From Desulfobacterales bacterium (GTDB lineage Bacteria; Desulfobacterota; Desulfobacteria; Desulfobacterales; UBA5852): 64,000 nucleotides of DNA. How positions within the stretch are numbered: the stretch's first letter is position 1; every line of letters starts with the position of its first letter. The notes below the pieces were generated by a model. The model ran no database searches. It was not told where the DNA came from and saw only the letters and a program-made list of their open reading frames with translations. Made by a program: the position numbers and the translations under genes. Positions 50,700-62,126 of the stretch are shown here, in pieces. The stretch lies in the NCBI GenBank assembly GCA_963674755.2, contig CAXXVS010000003.1, positions 2,688,001-2,752,000 on the forward strand, in the 5' to 3' direction.

Positions 50700-51995
50700 A
50701 TGCGTACGACCATTAGCAAATTGCAGGCTCGTGAAATCCTTGATTCGCGCGGCAATCCCACCGTGGAGGTGGAGTGCCGTCTGACGGATGGAACCTGGGC
50801 CCGCGCAGCCGTCCCCTCGGGGGCGTCAACAGGTGTTCACGAGGCCGTGGAGTTGCGCGATGGCGACCCGCAGCGTTTCGGCGGCAAGGGGGTGCGACAG
50901 GCGGTGCGCAATGTCACCGAGCGCATCGCGCCGGTGGTCTGCGGCATGGACGCCCGCCGGCAGTCCGCCGTCGATCAGGCCATGATCGATCTGGACGGCA
51001 CCCTCAACAAAGCCGCTCTGGGCGCCAATGCCATCCTCGGGGTTTCGCTGGCCGTTGCCCGAGCTGCGGCCGCCGCGGCCGACCTGCCGTTATACCAGTA
51101 TCTTGGTGGGCCGGGGGCCGTGCGTCTGCCGGTGCCGCTGATGAACATTTTAAACGGCGGAGTGCATGCCCACTGGCAGGGCGCTGATTTTCAAGAATAC
51201 ATGATCGCCCCTTACGGGGCGGACAGCTTTCGTCAGGCCCTGCAATGGGGTAGTGAAATTTACCATGCCCTGCAGTCCCTGCTGCGGGAAAAAGGCTACC
51301 GGATCGGGGTGGGGGACGAGGGCGGCTTCGCCCCGGAGGTCGCTTCCAACGAGGAACCGCTGACTTTGATCATCCGTGGCATCGAGACGGCCGGACTAAA
51401 GCCCGGAACGGATGTCGGTCTGGGCATGGATCCGGCCTCCAGCGGCTTTTTCGAAAACGGCCGCTACCATTTGCGTACCGAAAAGCGGGACCTCACGGCC
51501 GAAGAAATGACAGATTACTACCGGCAGTTGGTCAAGAACTATCCGCTGGTTTTGTTGGAGGACGGGCTGGCCGAGGACGACTGGGAGGGCTGGCGCCATC
51601 TCAATGCGACCATCGGGGAGGGGATCGAACTGGTGGGCGATGATATTTTCGTAACGAATGTGACGCGCATCCAGCGGGGCATCGAGGAACATTCGGCCAA
51701 CAGCGTGCTGATCAAACTCAACCAGATCGGCACCCTGAGCGAAACCGTGGCCGCCGTTCGGCTGGCCCGCAACGCCGGCTGGGGCGCGTTTGTTTCCCAC
51801 CGCAGCGGTGAAACCGTGGACAGTTTTATTGCCGACATGACCGTGGCTTTGGATACCGGTCATCTTAAGACCGGGGCCCCCTGCCGCGGCGAGCGGGTGG
51901 AGAAATATAACCAGCTGTTGCGTATCGAAGAATCCCTGGGGGATGCCGCCGTTTACGCCGGGCGCCAGGCTTTTGTCCGCCCGGTGCGATTTTGA
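50700..51995 (+). CDS. eno: Enolase
   Basis: [43 protein letters not shown]. Confidence 0.96.
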   Translation: MRTTISKLQAREILDSRGNPTVEVECRLTDGTWARAAVPSGASTGVHEAVELRDGDPQRFGGKGVRQAVRNVTERIAPVVCGMDARRQSAVDQAMIDLDGTLNKAALGANAILGVSLAVARAAAAAADLPLYQYLGGPGAVRLPVPLMNILNGGVHAHWQGADFQEYMIAPYGADSFRQALQWGSEIYHALQSLLREKGYRIGVGDEGGFAPEVASNEEPLTLIIRGIETAGLKPGTDVGLGMDPASSGFFENGRYHLRTEKRDLTAEEMTDYYRQLVKNYPLVLLEDGLAEDDWEGWRHLNATIGEGIELVGDDIFVTNVTRIQRGIEEHSANSVLIKLNQIGTLSETVAAVRLARNAGWGAFVSHRSGETVDSFIADMTVALDTGHLKTGAPCRGERVEKYNQLLRIEESLGDAAVYAGRQAFVRPVRF

Positions 51996-52089
51996 AAACA
52001 GATTTTCCCATCGGGAATGTCAATGAGATGCATGCGTTCGCCTTGCCCGGGGCGGATTGATCGCATGGCGTAAACAAAGGAAAATAGCG

Positions 52090-54609
52090 ATGCATGAGCC
52101 GGAAGAACGACAACCAGGATCCATCGATAACCTCTGTGTGAATACCCTCCGTTTTTTGGCCGTCGATATGGTGCAGCAGGCCAACTCCGGGCACCCCGGT
52201 TTGCCGATGGGGGCCGCGGCCACGGCCTACACCCTGTGGGACCGTTTTCTGCGGTTCAACCCCCGGGACCCGGCCTGGCCGGACCGGGATCGTTTCGTAT
52301 TGTCGGCGGGGCACGGGTCCGCCCTGCTGTATGCCCTGCTGCATTTGACCGGCTTCGACCTGCCGCTGGAGGAACTGCAACGCTTCCGCCAATGGGGCAG
52401 CCGCACCCCGGGGCACCCGGAGCACGGCCTGACGGCCGGCGTCGAGGCCACCACCGGTCCCCTGGGACAGGGCTTGTCCAATGCCGTGGGCATGGCGATT
52501 GCCGAAACCGCCCTGGGGGCGCGCTTCAATCGCCCCGGTCACACGGTGGTCGACCACCATACCTATGCCCTGGCCAGCGACGGCGACCTGATGGAAGGGG
52601 TGGCCTCCGAGGCGGCTTCCCTGGCCGGGCATCTGGCGCTGGGCAAGCTGATCGTTCTCTACGACGACAATCATATTTCCATCGAAGGCCAAACGACGCT
52701 GGCCTTCACCGAGGATCGCAAGGCCCGTTTCGCAGCTTATGGATGGCACGTCCAGCAGGTCGACGACGGCAATGACATGGCTGCCGTGGCGGCGGCCATC
52801 CGGACGGCCCGGGAGGAGACGGCCCGTCCTTCCTTCATCGCCATACGGACGCATATCGGCTACGGCAGCCCTCACAAACAGGATACGGCCGCAGCCCACG
52901 GCGAGCCCCTGGGGGAGGAAGAGGTGCGCCTGGCCAAAGAGAACCTGGGCTGGCCCACGGAACCGCCGTTTCTCGTCCCCCCGGAAGCCCGGGACCATTT
53001 TTGCCGGGCGCTGGACCGTGGAAAAGAGCGGCAGGCGGAATGGAACGCCCGCTTTCAGGCCTATGCCGAAGCCCACCCCGCGCTGGCCGCCGAGTTCAGC
53101 CGGGTCATCCGGGGCGCGCTGCCCGACGGCTGGGATGCCAACCTGCCCGTATTCGCTGCCGACCAGGGTGACGTGGCCACGCGGGTGGCCAACGGCAAGG
53201 CCATCAATGCCATTGCCGAACATCTTCCCGAACTGATGGGCGGGGCGGCCGACCTGGCGCCCAGCACCCACACCCTGATAACGTCCGCCGAGGGTTTCGC
53301 GCCGGAGCACCGCGAGGGACGGAACATGCATTTCGGCATCCGCGAGCACGCCATGGGCGCCATTCTCAACGGCATGGCCCTGCACGGCGGGCTGCGGCCC
53401 TACGGGGCCACCTTCCTGATCTTCAGCGATTATATGCGGCCGCCGATGCGGCTGGCGGCCATGAACGGCCTGCCGGTGATCTACGTCTTTACCCATGACA
53501 GCATTGCCCTGGGGGAGGATGGCCCCACCCACCAGCCGGTGGAACAGCTCCTGGGGCTGCGTTCCATCCACGGCCTGACCGTCCTCCGGCCGGCGGATGC
53601 CAACGAAACCGTTGCTGCCTGGCGGTGGGCCGCGGCCCACCGCACAGGACCGGTGGCTCTGATCCTGACGCGTCAGAAACTGCCGATCCTGGCCCCTGCC
53701 GGTGAGCACGACGTCGCAGCCGGTGTGCGCGCCGGCGGCTATATCCTGACGCCCGCTGCCAAGGGCGCCAAACCCGACATCATCCTGGTCGCGACGGGCT
53801 CGGAGGTCCATCTGGCCCTGGCGGCATGGCAGAAGCTGGCCGACGAAGGGGTGGCGGCGCGGGTCGTCAGCATGCCCAGCATCGAATTGTTTCAGCAGCA
53901 ACCGGCCAGCTACCGCAATCGGGTATTGCCGCCGGGGGTGCCCCTGCTGGCCGTGGAGGCCGGTCTGCCCCTGGGCTGGCAGCCCTATTTGGGGCCCTGC
54001 AGCCGGGCGATCGGGGTCAAACGTTTCGGCGCCTCGGCTCCGGGGGCGGAGGTGATGCAGGCCTATGGCCTTACGGTGGACCATGTCTGCCAACAGGCCC
54101 GGGCCCTGCGGCAAAGCCCGGCCGATCTGGGCAATCATTTGCTGGTGGCCATGAACGACGATCAGGACAGTCTGGACCTGGTGCGCCGTGTGGCCCAATG
54201 CCTGCCGGACCCGGCGGAAACGGAGATCACCCTGATCCATTACCTGGCGCCTATGGTTTGGGCCACCGGTGTCGGTGATATCAACGACGCACTGTTGGCC
54301 TATGATTGGGACGAGATCGCCAAGCTGGAAAAGATGGAAGCCGACATCACCGAAGAGATCTTTGCCCAGGCCCGGGAAGTCCTCCAGGAAGCGGGAGTTG
54401 CCACGGTTCACATTCACGCCAAAACCACGCCGGTTCCCTATCCCAGCGTGACACGAGAGGTTTTGGAAGCGTTGGAAGAGGGGCTTTATTCGGCGGTGGT
54501 GGTGGGACGCCACCATCATAACGCCCTGACCCGGCTGTTGCGCCGCGATCCGGGTGCCGCTATAAGCAAGCGGGCCCGGGGGGTGACCGTTTGGGTTGTC
54601 GAACAATAG
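52090..54609 (+). CDS. tkt: Transketolase with fused C-terminal universal stress protein (USP) domain
   Basis: [16 protein letters not shown]...[22 protein letters not shown]; from about 54133 HLLVAMND...ITLIH...VVVGR...VTVWVV (USP fold). Confidence 0.92.
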   Translation: MHEPEERQPGSIDNLCVNTLRFLAVDMVQQANSGHPGLPMGAAATAYTLWDRFLRFNPRDPAWPDRDRFVLSAGHGSALLYALLHLTGFDLPLEELQRFRQWGSRTPGHPEHGLTAGVEATTGPLGQGLSNAVGMAIAETALGARFNRPGHTVVDHHTYALASDGDLMEGVASEAASLAGHLALGKLIVLYDDNHISIEGQTTLAFTEDRKARFAAYGWHVQQVDDGNDMAAVAAAIRTAREETARPSFIAIRTHIGYGSPHKQDTAAAHGEPLGEEEVRLAKENLGWPTEPPFLVPPEARDHFCRALDRGKERQAEWNARFQAYAEAHPALAAEFSRVIRGALPDGWDANLPVFAADQGDVATRVANGKAINAIAEHLPELMGGAADLAPSTHTLITSAEGFAPEHREGRNMHFGIREHAMGAILNGMALHGGLRPYGATFLIFSDYMRPPMRLAAMNGLPVIYVFTHDSIALGEDGPTHQPVEQLLGLRSIHGLTVLRPADANETVAAWRWAAAHRTGPVALILTRQKLPILAPAGEHDVAAGVRAGGYILTPAAKGAKPDIILVATGSEVHLALAAWQKLADEGVAARVVSMPSIELFQQQPASYRNRVLPPGVPLLAVEAGLPLGWQPYLGPCSRAIGVKRFGASAPGAEVMQAYGLTVDHVCQQARALRQSPADLGNHLLVAMNDDQDSLDLVRRVAQCLPDPAETEITLIHYLAPMVWATGVGDINDALLAYDWDEIAKLEKMEADITEEIFAQAREVLQEAGVATVHIHAKTTPVPYPSVTREVLEALEEGLYSAVVVGRHHHNALTRLLRRDPGAAISKRARGVTVWVVEQ

Positions 54610-54725
54610 CCTCACCTGCGCCCTATAGGGCGGGGGAAGAAGACCGTTGTGAATTCATGGGACGACCGGCCGGCACCCTTCGCGGCCCGGGACCGTTCCG
54701 TCAACGCTTAAAGGGAGAACCATCA

Positions 54726-56372
54726 ATGGAGACCATACGACCCGCACTTACCCGTACCAAAGCCTGGCAGGCGCTGCAGGCCCACGGCCGGGACATCCAG
54801 GCGCTTCACCTGCGGGAGTTGTTCCGGGGCGATCCCGGACGGGCAGCGCGGTTTACGGTGGCGGCGGCGGGGTTTTATCTGGATTATGCCAAGCAGCGCG
54901 TCACGGAAGAGACCCTGGGGCTGCTCGTGGATCTGGCCGTTGAGTGCGGCCTGCCGGAACGGCGGGCCGCCATGTTCGAGGGGGAGAAGATCAATGCCAC
55001 CGAAAAGCGGGCGGTGCTGCACACCGCCCTGCGGGCCCGGCGGGATGCCCGCATCGTCGTGGACGGCCGGGATGTCGTGCCTGACGTGCACGCCGTTCTG
55101 GACAAGATGGCGGATTTCGCCGAGCGTGTCCGCAGCGGGGCCTGGCAGGGCTACACCGGCCGACCCATCAAAAATGTCATCAATATCGGTATCGGCGGTT
55201 CGGACCTGGGACCGGTCATGGCCTACGAAGCCCTGCGATTCTATGCCCGCCGCGACATGACCTTCCGTTTCGTTTCCAATGTGGACGGGACTGATTTCGC
55301 CGAGGCCACCCATGGCCTGGAGGCCGCCGAGACCCTATTCATCGTTTCTTCCAAGACTTTCACCACCCTGGAGACGATGACCAACGCCCACACGGCCCGG
55401 GCCTGGCTCCTGGAACGCCTGGGGGACGAGGCGGCCGTGGCCCGCCACTTCGTCGCCGTGTCCACCAACCAGGAGGCGGTGGCGAAATTCGGCATCGACA
55501 CCGCCAATATGTTCGGATTCTGGGATTGGGTCGGTGGGCGCTACTCCATGGATTCGGCCATCGGCCTGTCCACCATGATCGCCGTGGGTCCGGAGGCCTT
55601 CGGGGCCATGCTGTCCGGCTTCCGTGGCATGGACGAGCATTTCCGCAACGCCCCGCTGGATCGCAACCTGCCGGTCCTGATGGGGCTCCTGGCGGTCTGG
55701 AACACCAATTTCCTGGGCGCCCGGACCATCGCCGTGCTGCCCTACGACCAATACCTGCACCGTTTTCCGGCCTATCTCCAGCAATTGACCATGGAGAGCA
55801 ACGGCAAGCACGTCACCCTGGACGGCAGCCGGGTGGACTACAGCACCGGCCCGGTCTACTGGGGCGAGCCGGGCACCAACGGGCAGCATTCCTTCTACCA
55901 GCTCATTCACCAGGGGACCGACCTCATCCCCTGTGATTTTATCGCCTTCCGCCAACCGCTGAACCCCCTGGGCAAGCATCACGACCTGCTGATCGCCAAT
56001 GTCATCGCCCAGGGCGAGGCCCTGGCTTTCGGCAAAACCACCGAAGAAGTCCGGGCCGAAGGCATTCCGGACGAGTTGGCCGTCCATCGCACTTTCGAGG
56101 GCAACCGGCCCTCCACGACCCTTTTTACGGAGAAGCTCACCCCGGAAACGCTTGGTGCACTGGTGGCGCTCTATGAACACAGCGTTTTTACCCAGGGCGT
56201 CGTCTGGGGGATCGATTCCTTCGACCAGTGGGGGGTGGAGCTGGGCAAAGTGCTGGCCACGCGTATCGTGCAGGAGATCGACGGATCGGATTCCGGCGTC
56301 CGTCACGACAGTTCCACCGAAGCCCTTATCCGCTACTACCGGACCGGTGCCCCGCCGAAGTCCGGTCAATGA
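54726..56372 (+). CDS. pgi: Glucose-6-phosphate isomerase
   Basis: [42 protein letters not shown]. Confidence 0.96.
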   Translation: METIRPALTRTKAWQALQAHGRDIQALHLRELFRGDPGRAARFTVAAAGFYLDYAKQRVTEETLGLLVDLAVECGLPERRAAMFEGEKINATEKRAVLHTALRARRDARIVVDGRDVVPDVHAVLDKMADFAERVRSGAWQGYTGRPIKNVINIGIGGSDLGPVMAYEALRFYARRDMTFRFVSNVDGTDFAEATHGLEAAETLFIVSSKTFTTLETMTNAHTARAWLLERLGDEAAVARHFVAVSTNQEAVAKFGIDTANMFGFWDWVGGRYSMDSAIGLSTMIAVGPEAFGAMLSGFRGMDEHFRNAPLDRNLPVLMGLLAVWNTNFLGARTIAVLPYDQYLHRFPAYLQQLTMESNGKHVTLDGSRVDYSTGPVYWGEPGTNGQHSFYQLIHQGTDLIPCDFIAFRQPLNPLGKHHDLLIANVIAQGEALAFGKTTEEVRAEGIPDELAVHRTFEGNRPSTTLFTEKLTPETLGALVALYEHSVFTQGVVWGIDSFDQWGVELGKVLATRIVQEIDGSDSGVRHDSSTEALIRYYRTGAPPKSGQ

Positions 56373-56492
56373 ACACAGTGGGCCGGCCGGCCGCCGAGAC
56401 GTTCCGGATCGAAGATCCCGGGGACGGGGCGGCGGTTTGGATGACAGGGCAGGAAACGCCAGCGTATCGGCTTTCAAAAGTTGGAGACCGTG

Positions 56493-59024
56493 ATGGCTCA
56501 AAAGGGAAAAGCGATCAACGCGCCGGTTCTCAGCGCTGAACTCGACGCGTTGATGGAGATTGCCTGTGACTTGCGCTGGTCCTGGGACCACCGCGCCGAT
56601 GATATCTGGCATGCCCTGGATGCGGATCTATGGGATTCCACCCGGAATCCCAAGCTGATCCTGCAGTCCGTCGCAACCGAGAAAGTGGCCCGCCTGGCCA
56701 ATGATGCCGCCTTCCGGGAACGGGTGCAGAAGCTGACCCGCGCGCTGCGGGCCGAGCGCAAGGCCTCCCTCTGGTTTCAGCAAAGGCACTCGGACGCGCC
56801 CCTGACAGCCATTGCCTACTTCAGCATGGAATTCATGCTGGGCGAAGCCCTGCCCATTTATTCGGGCGGCCTGGGCAACGTGGCCGGGGACCAGCTCAAG
56901 GCCGCCAGTGATCTGGGGGTCCCCGTCGTGGGGGTGGGCCTGCTGTACCAGCAGGGCTATTTTCGCCAGATGATCACCGCGGACGGCGTCCAGGAAGCGC
57001 TCTATCCCATCAACGATCCGGGACAGCTGCCGATCACTCCGGCGCGGGACGGGGAGGGACGATGGGTGCGCTTCCAGGTGCCGTTTCCCCACTATCCGAT
57101 CTGGGTGCGGGCCTGGCAGGCCCAGGTGGGGCGCCTGCAGCTTTACCTGCTGGACAGCAACGATCTCGCCAACCCGCCCCTGGAAAGCGGCCTCACGGCC
57201 CAGCTCTACGGGGGCGGAACGGAAACCCGCATCGCCCAGGAATTCATCCTGGGCATCGGCGGCTGGCGGCTGTTGCAGCTGCTGGGATTGCAGCCCGAGG
57301 TGTGCCACCTGAACGAGGGCCACGCGGCCTTCGTGATCCTGGAAAGGGCCGCCGCCTTCATGGAAGCCGTCGGCGGCAACTTCCCGGTGGCCCTGCAGGC
57401 CACCCGCGCCGGCAATCTGTTCACCACCCACACACCCGTCGCCGCAGGGTTCGACTGTTTTGCACGGGATCTCATGCAGCGTTATTTCGATGGATACAGC
57501 CGGGATCGTCTCGGTATCCCCCTATCCGATTTGATGGCCCTGGGCCGGCAAAACCCGGCCGATGAGAACGAACCCTTCAACATGGCCTATCTGGCGGTGC
57601 GCGGCAGCGGCGCCGTGAACGGCGTCAGCCGCCTGCACGGCGAGGTCAGCCGGGCGATTTTCGAAAGACTGTTTCCGCGCTGGCCGCGCCACGAAGTCCC
57701 GGTGGGGCATGTGACCAACGGCATTCATGTGGGCACCTGGGATTCCGAGGCCTCCGACGACCTCTGGACGCGCTATGGGGGCCGCACGCGCTGGCTGGGC
57801 GAGACCGATACGCTGGCGGAAGCGATCAGACAGGTGCCGGCCAAGGCCTTGTGGAAAATGCGCAGGGACTCCCGCCATGCCCTGGTGGCCTTTGTGCGGG
57901 CCCGTTATGCGCGCCAGGTCGCCATATGGGGCGCCAGCGCCGAAGCGGTGCAGCAGGCCCGGCAGGTGCTGGACCCCGACGCATTGACCCTGGGCTTTGC
58001 CCGGCGCTTTGCGACCTACAAGCGGCCGACGCTGTTGCTAAGGGATCCGGCGCGCCTGCTGCGCCTGGTGACCGATCCCGAGCGTCCCGTGCAGCTCATC
58101 GTGGCCGGCAAGGCCCATCCGGCCGACCAAGCCGGTCAGGACATGATCCGGCAGTGGATCGACTTCGCCCGCCGTCCGGAGGTTGGCAACCGTGTGATTT
58201 TCCTGAGCGACTACGACATGCTGCTGACCGAACAGCTCGTGTGCGGGGTGGATGTCTGGGTCAATACGCCGCGCCGGCCGTGGGAGGCCTGCGGTACCAG
58301 CGGGATGAAGGTTCTGGCCAATGGCGGCCTCAATCTGTCGGAGCGCGACGGCTGGTGGGCCGAAGCCTATACGCCCCGGGTCGGCTGGGCGATCGGCGAG
58401 GGAAGCGGGCCGGGCGGCGACGGCGCCCGGGATGCGGCCGACGCCGAAACCCTCTACACCCTGCTGGAGCAGGAAGTCGTGCCGCAGTTCTACCAGCGCG
58501 ATGCCGCAGGGATTCCGACCCGGTGGCTGGAGAAGGTGCGGGAAAGCATGGTAACCCTCACGGCCCGCTTTTCGAGCAACCGCGCCGTGCGCGAATATAC
58601 GGAGAGCTACTACCTGCCCGCTGCCGAAGCCTACCGGCGGCGCAGCGCGGACAAGGGCCGTCTGAGCCGCCAGCTCGTGGACTGGCAGACCGCCCTCCGC
58701 CGGCACTGGTCCGAATTGCGATTCGGCGAGGTCCAGGTCCTCAGCCGCGGGGGCTTCCATGCCTTCCGGGTGCCGGTCTTTCTGGGCGGGCTGGCGCCGG
58801 CGGCCGTTGCCGTGCAATTGTACGCCGAACCCCAGGCCGCCGGTGCGCCGTCGATCTGGCCGATGCGCTGCGAGAAGGCCCCATCCGATGGAAAGGAGGG
58901 GCTGCTTTACCAGGCTCGGGTCCCCGACCAACGTCCGGCATCCGACTATACCGCCCGGATCGTCCCGGCCCATCCGGCGGCCGTCCTGCCGCTGGAAACG
59001 GAATTGATCTTCTGGCAGCACTGA
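56493..59024 (+). CDS. glgP: Alpha-glucan (glycogen) phosphorylase
   Basis: AYFSMEF, YSGGLG..AGD, HLNEGH, FARRFATYKR, AGKAHP.D, EACGTSGMK. Confidence 0.94.
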   Translation: MAQKGKAINAPVLSAELDALMEIACDLRWSWDHRADDIWHALDADLWDSTRNPKLILQSVATEKVARLANDAAFRERVQKLTRALRAERKASLWFQQRHSDAPLTAIAYFSMEFMLGEALPIYSGGLGNVAGDQLKAASDLGVPVVGVGLLYQQGYFRQMITADGVQEALYPINDPGQLPITPARDGEGRWVRFQVPFPHYPIWVRAWQAQVGRLQLYLLDSNDLANPPLESGLTAQLYGGGTETRIAQEFILGIGGWRLLQLLGLQPEVCHLNEGHAAFVILERAAAFMEAVGGNFPVALQATRAGNLFTTHTPVAAGFDCFARDLMQRYFDGYSRDRLGIPLSDLMALGRQNPADENEPFNMAYLAVRGSGAVNGVSRLHGEVSRAIFERLFPRWPRHEVPVGHVTNGIHVGTWDSEASDDLWTRYGGRTRWLGETDTLAEAIRQVPAKALWKMRRDSRHALVAFVRARYARQVAIWGASAEAVQQARQVLDPDALTLGFARRFATYKRPTLLLRDPARLLRLVTDPERPVQLIVAGKAHPADQAGQDMIRQWIDFARRPEVGNRVIFLSDYDMLLTEQLVCGVDVWVNTPRRPWEACGTSGMKVLANGGLNLSERDGWWAEAYTPRVGWAIGEGSGPGGDGARDAADAETLYTLLEQEVVPQFYQRDAAGIPTRWLEKVRESMVTLTARFSSNRAVREYTESYYLPAAEAYRRRSADKGRLSRQLVDWQTALRRHWSELRFGEVQVLSRGGFHAFRVPVFLGGLAPAAVAVQLYAEPQAAGAPSIWPMRCEKAPSDGKEGLLYQARVPDQRPASDYTARIVPAHPAAVLPLETELIFWQH

Positions 59025-59173
59025 CGGCGGCGGCGCCCGATTCTAAGGGGCCATCATGATTCCATAGGATGCGGTGGCCTAAGCATTTGGGCTTCGTCCG
59101 CATCGGCAGGTTAATCCCACCGATCCGCTTATCTTGGGTGCGTTGGGGCAGGCCGGTTGTATCGGGTATACGC

Positions 59174-59485
59174 CTACTTTTTTACGAAATCGATGACGTC
59201 GAACGTCCGGCGGATTATCTCGCCCTTAAACCGGAGGGAGCGCTTGGAATCCTCGGCCGCGGCCGCGCGCTCCGGGGAGCCGAGGGCGGCCTCCATTTCC
59301 GTGCGGTTGTCAAAATACAGCTCGGTAATCTGGTAAAGGCCTTCCTCGGGCTGCCCCTTGCTGATCACAATGCGTTTGATCCCGGGGAAGCGCGTGACCA
59401 TGGGGAGGTGATGGTCCCAGTAGTGTTTATCGAAGGCGGCGGAATCTTCGGGGTTACCGTAGTAGAAAACACAGAACTTGACCAT
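59174..59485 (-). CDS. EthD family protein
   Basis: P.D..AFD.HY...H.P.....PG, ELYFD, AL.SPE; GGAGG RBS. Confidence 0.85.
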   Translation of the reverse strand: MVKFCVFYYGNPEDSAAFDKHYWDHHLPMVTRFPGIKRIVISKGQPEEGLYQITELYFDNRTEMEAALGSPERAAAAEDSKRSLRFKGEIIRRTFDVIDFVKK

Positions 59486-59607
59486 TTGGCTCCTCCTCAT
59501 TCAGAGATGGCGGCACGGGCGTCGCGCTTGGGATGTCGACCGTCCGGTGCGCCTCACCCAGATCCGGACGCGTAAATTTTTCCGTTTCCGGATTTTCGAT
59601 CATGCAA

Positions 59608-60600
59608 TCAATTGTTGGCTTTGCCCGCTTTTATTCGTTCTTCCGACCGATCGGTTGCCGATGGAGGGGTAGGTGACATCTCCGCTATGGCATCATAAAG
59701 CTGATCGGTCAGGTCGATGTCTACGGACCGTAGGGAATCTTCGAGTTGCGCGACACTGCGGGCCCCGATAATCGGTGCGGTGACGGCGTCGTTTCGGCCG
59801 ACCCAGGCGACGGCCAGGCTGACAGGGTGATACCCGGCTTTCACGGCGAACGCGCAAAACTGCCTTGCGGTGTCAAACATCCAGCGATCATGGTAGCGCT
59901 TTTGATACTTGCCGCTGGTGGTCAGTCGGCCGTTGCCCGTCGTATGGTCCGTGCCGTATTTTCCAGCCAACAGTCCGGCGCCAAGGGGATTATAGGTTAT
60001 GGCACCGATGTTTTCCGACTTCGCCATCGGCAAAATCTCAACTTCGGCCTGGCGCTTGACCAGGTTGTACATGGGCTGGATGCAGTCCACCGGGACCCAG
60101 TCGTGCAGGGTGCTTATTCCGCGGGCTTTCATGACTTGCCAAGCGGAGAAGTTGCTGACGCCGATGTAGCGTACCTTGCCCTGTCCAACCATATCATTCA
60201 GCGCGCGAAGAGAAACCTCCAACGGTGTAAATGGATCGAATTTGTGCAGAAAATAAATATCGATATAATCGGTTCCGAGCCGCTTTAGGCTGGCCTCAAG
60301 GGATGCCATAATGTTGCGCCGGGAGCCACCCTGCGCATTCATCTCGGACCCGAATGGTGACCCGCATTTCGAAGTGACGATGAGGTGCTGCCGATGGCCC
60401 GCTATCAGTTTCCCCAAAATCGTTTCGGCGATTCCGTCTCCGTAGACATTGGCGCAATCAAAAAAATTGATGCCGCTGTCCAGACAGCGCCTGAAAATCG
60501 CTTCCGATGCAGCTTCGTCGGCTTCATTGCCAAACGTCATCGTCCCCATACAAAGTTGCGAAACCCGAAGGCCTGTGTTGCCCAAAAATCTATAATTCAT
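59608..60600 (-). CDS. Aldo/keto reductase
   Basis: LG.TGL.VS.LCMGTM.FG, FFDCANVY, SLKRLGTDYID, GKVRYIG.SN, PIIGAR. Confidence 0.92.
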   Translation of the reverse strand: MNYRFLGNTGLRVSQLCMGTMTFGNEADEAASEAIFRRCLDSGINFFDCANVYGDGIAETILGKLIAGHRQHLIVTSKCGSPFGSEMNAQGGSRRNIMASLEASLKRLGTDYIDIYFLHKFDPFTPLEVSLRALNDMVGQGKVRYIGVSNFSAWQVMKARGISTLHDWVPVDCIQPMYNLVKRQAEVEILPMAKSENIGAITYNPLGAGLLAGKYGTDHTTGNGRLTTSGKYQKRYHDRWMFDTARQFCAFAVKAGYHPVSLAVAWVGRNDAVTAPIIGARSVAQLEDSLRSVDIDLTDQLYDAIAEMSPTPPSATDRSEERIKAGKANN

Positions 60601-60802
60601 GGTGTCCGCCTTTGCCATCGAATCGGCCGTATTCCCGAAAGGCCGCCTGTGCCAACCGCATGGCTTGTTCGACCTCTGTGACCGTTGCCGCGGCAAACGT
60701 TTCCGGAAGGGCACGGCCGGCCGCCGGATTGACCGCCTGCAGTCGATCCCTGCCTTGGGCGGATCGGGCAACCCCAATGACGTTTTCTCCTGTAATCGGC
60801 AA
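60590..60802 (-). pseudogene. N-terminal remnant of an NADP-dependent (KGSADH-like) aldehyde dehydrogenase
   Basis: AAGGAG RBS plus TTG start; ITGEN.IG...AVNPA.G..L...F..AT..EV..A..LA..AF..Y, then ends after about 70 aa. Confidence 0.6.
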
Positions 60803-60899
60803 TTCCCTCTCCTTGTGGTTTCCTCTCGCGGGATGGAACGACAAGCTTTGTGCGGCAGGCAGCGTCTACCAAGCGCCGCTCATGCCTGTTCGGCAATCT

Positions 60900-62078
60900 T
60901 CACAACAGCCCCCGCGAGGCCAGGTTGCGCATCAGCTGAATGACCCCAAAACGCCAGGGGGGGATTTCGTGGCATAACCCCACCCGGTTGATCAACGCGC
61001 CCAGCCGGGGACTCGCAATTTGGACCACGTCCCCTGTTTTGTGGGTAAACCCTTCACCGGCCCGGCCGCGGTCTTGGGTGGGCGAGAACAAGGTGCCTGT
61101 GTAGAGCATCAAACCGTCGGGGTATTGGTGGTGTCTGTCAATGGTCTGGCAAACCAACGCTTCAATATCACGGCTTATTTGGGCCATATTGCTCCGGTCC
61201 TGTAAAACGAATCCGTCGCTGCCGCGTACTTCGACGGTCACCGTGGCCCGCCGTAGGTCGTCGATCGTAAAATGCTCATCAAAAAGCCTGATAAAGGGCC
61301 CTATAACGCTGGACCCGTTGTTGTCCTTGGCTTTGCCCAGAAGCAGGGCGCTGCGCCCTTCAAAATCGCGCAGGTTGACGTCGTTGCCCAAAGCGGCACC
61401 GACGATGGCCCCCCGATCCGTCACGGCCAGCACCACCTCGGGCTCCGGATTGGTCCAGTGTGAGTCGTCGCGTATGCCGAGGGTTTCACCGGTTCCGAGG
61501 CTGGCCATGGGCGGCGCTTTGCTGAACACTTCGGCATCCGGGCCGATGCCTACCTCCAGATATTGGGACCACAGCCCCTTTTTGACGAGGACCGCCTTGA
61601 TGGCCGTTGCCGCCGCGCTACCCGGTTTTATCGCGGCAAGGTCGAATTGCAGCTCTTGGCTCAGTTCCTCGCGGAACGTCTTGGCGGCCTGGGGGTCACC
61701 CTTGGCCTGTTCTTCCACCAGCCGCTCGATCATGGAGCTTGCAAAGGTGACGCCGCAGGCCTTCACGGTTTGCAGGTCGCAAGGGGCCAGAAAATACGGG
61801 CGGGATAGATCGCGCACCGCGGGGTCGCTGTTGGCCAGAATATCCTGAACGTCACCGAGTTCTTCACGTTGATACCCCGCCAAGCGGGCGGTCAGGTCGG
61901 GGAGGTTGCAGAGCTCGGCCATGATCGGACAGGACCGGCTGATATCGTAAACATGACCCTCCCCGATGATCACCACACTGGGGCCGGCCACCGGACCTGG
62001 CCGCCAAACGCGGCCCAGGAGCAGGGCCTGTTCCCAATCTTCGGGAAGACAGGCCCGCATGTCGATTTGAGACCTCAT
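60900..62078 (-). CDS. Fumarylacetoacetate hydrolase family protein (XylX-like keto-deoxy-pentonate dehydratase)
   Basis: KACGVTFA.SM.ER, WSQYLEVGIGPDAEVF.K, W.NPEPE, GNDVNLRD.EGRSALLL.KAKDNN, GFTHK. Confidence 0.85.
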   Translation of the reverse strand: MRSQIDMRACLPEDWEQALLLGRVWRPGPVAGPSVVIIGEGHVYDISRSCPIMAELCNLPDLTARLAGYQREELGDVQDILANSDPAVRDLSRPYFLAPCDLQTVKACGVTFASSMIERLVEEQAKGDPQAAKTFREELSQELQFDLAAIKPGSAAATAIKAVLVKKGLWSQYLEVGIGPDAEVFSKAPPMASLGTGETLGIRDDSHWTNPEPEVVLAVTDRGAIVGAALGNDVNLRDFEGRSALLLGKAKDNNGSSVIGPFIRLFDEHFTIDDLRRATVTVEVRGSDGFVLQDRSNMAQISRDIEALVCQTIDRHHQYPDGLMLYTGTLFSPTQDRGRAGEGFTHKTGDVVQIASPRLGALINRVGLCHEIPPWRFGVIQLMRNLASRGLL

Positions 62079-62126
62079 TTTACCCCTCGATTTGAATTCA
62101 CAGGTTGAGCACCGGCCTCACAGGTG

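Noticed and set aside
50642..50700. TGT-TGA (Cys-stop) as a second Sec site
   Set aside because: No SECIS-like hairpin follows, and the read-through shows no family motif and runs into eno
51865..54615. Long antisense ORFs (also 47822-49966, 11125-12861, 6483-7865, 8817-10244, 14575-16308)
   Set aside because: Mirror frames of well-supported genes, expected with high-GC codon usage
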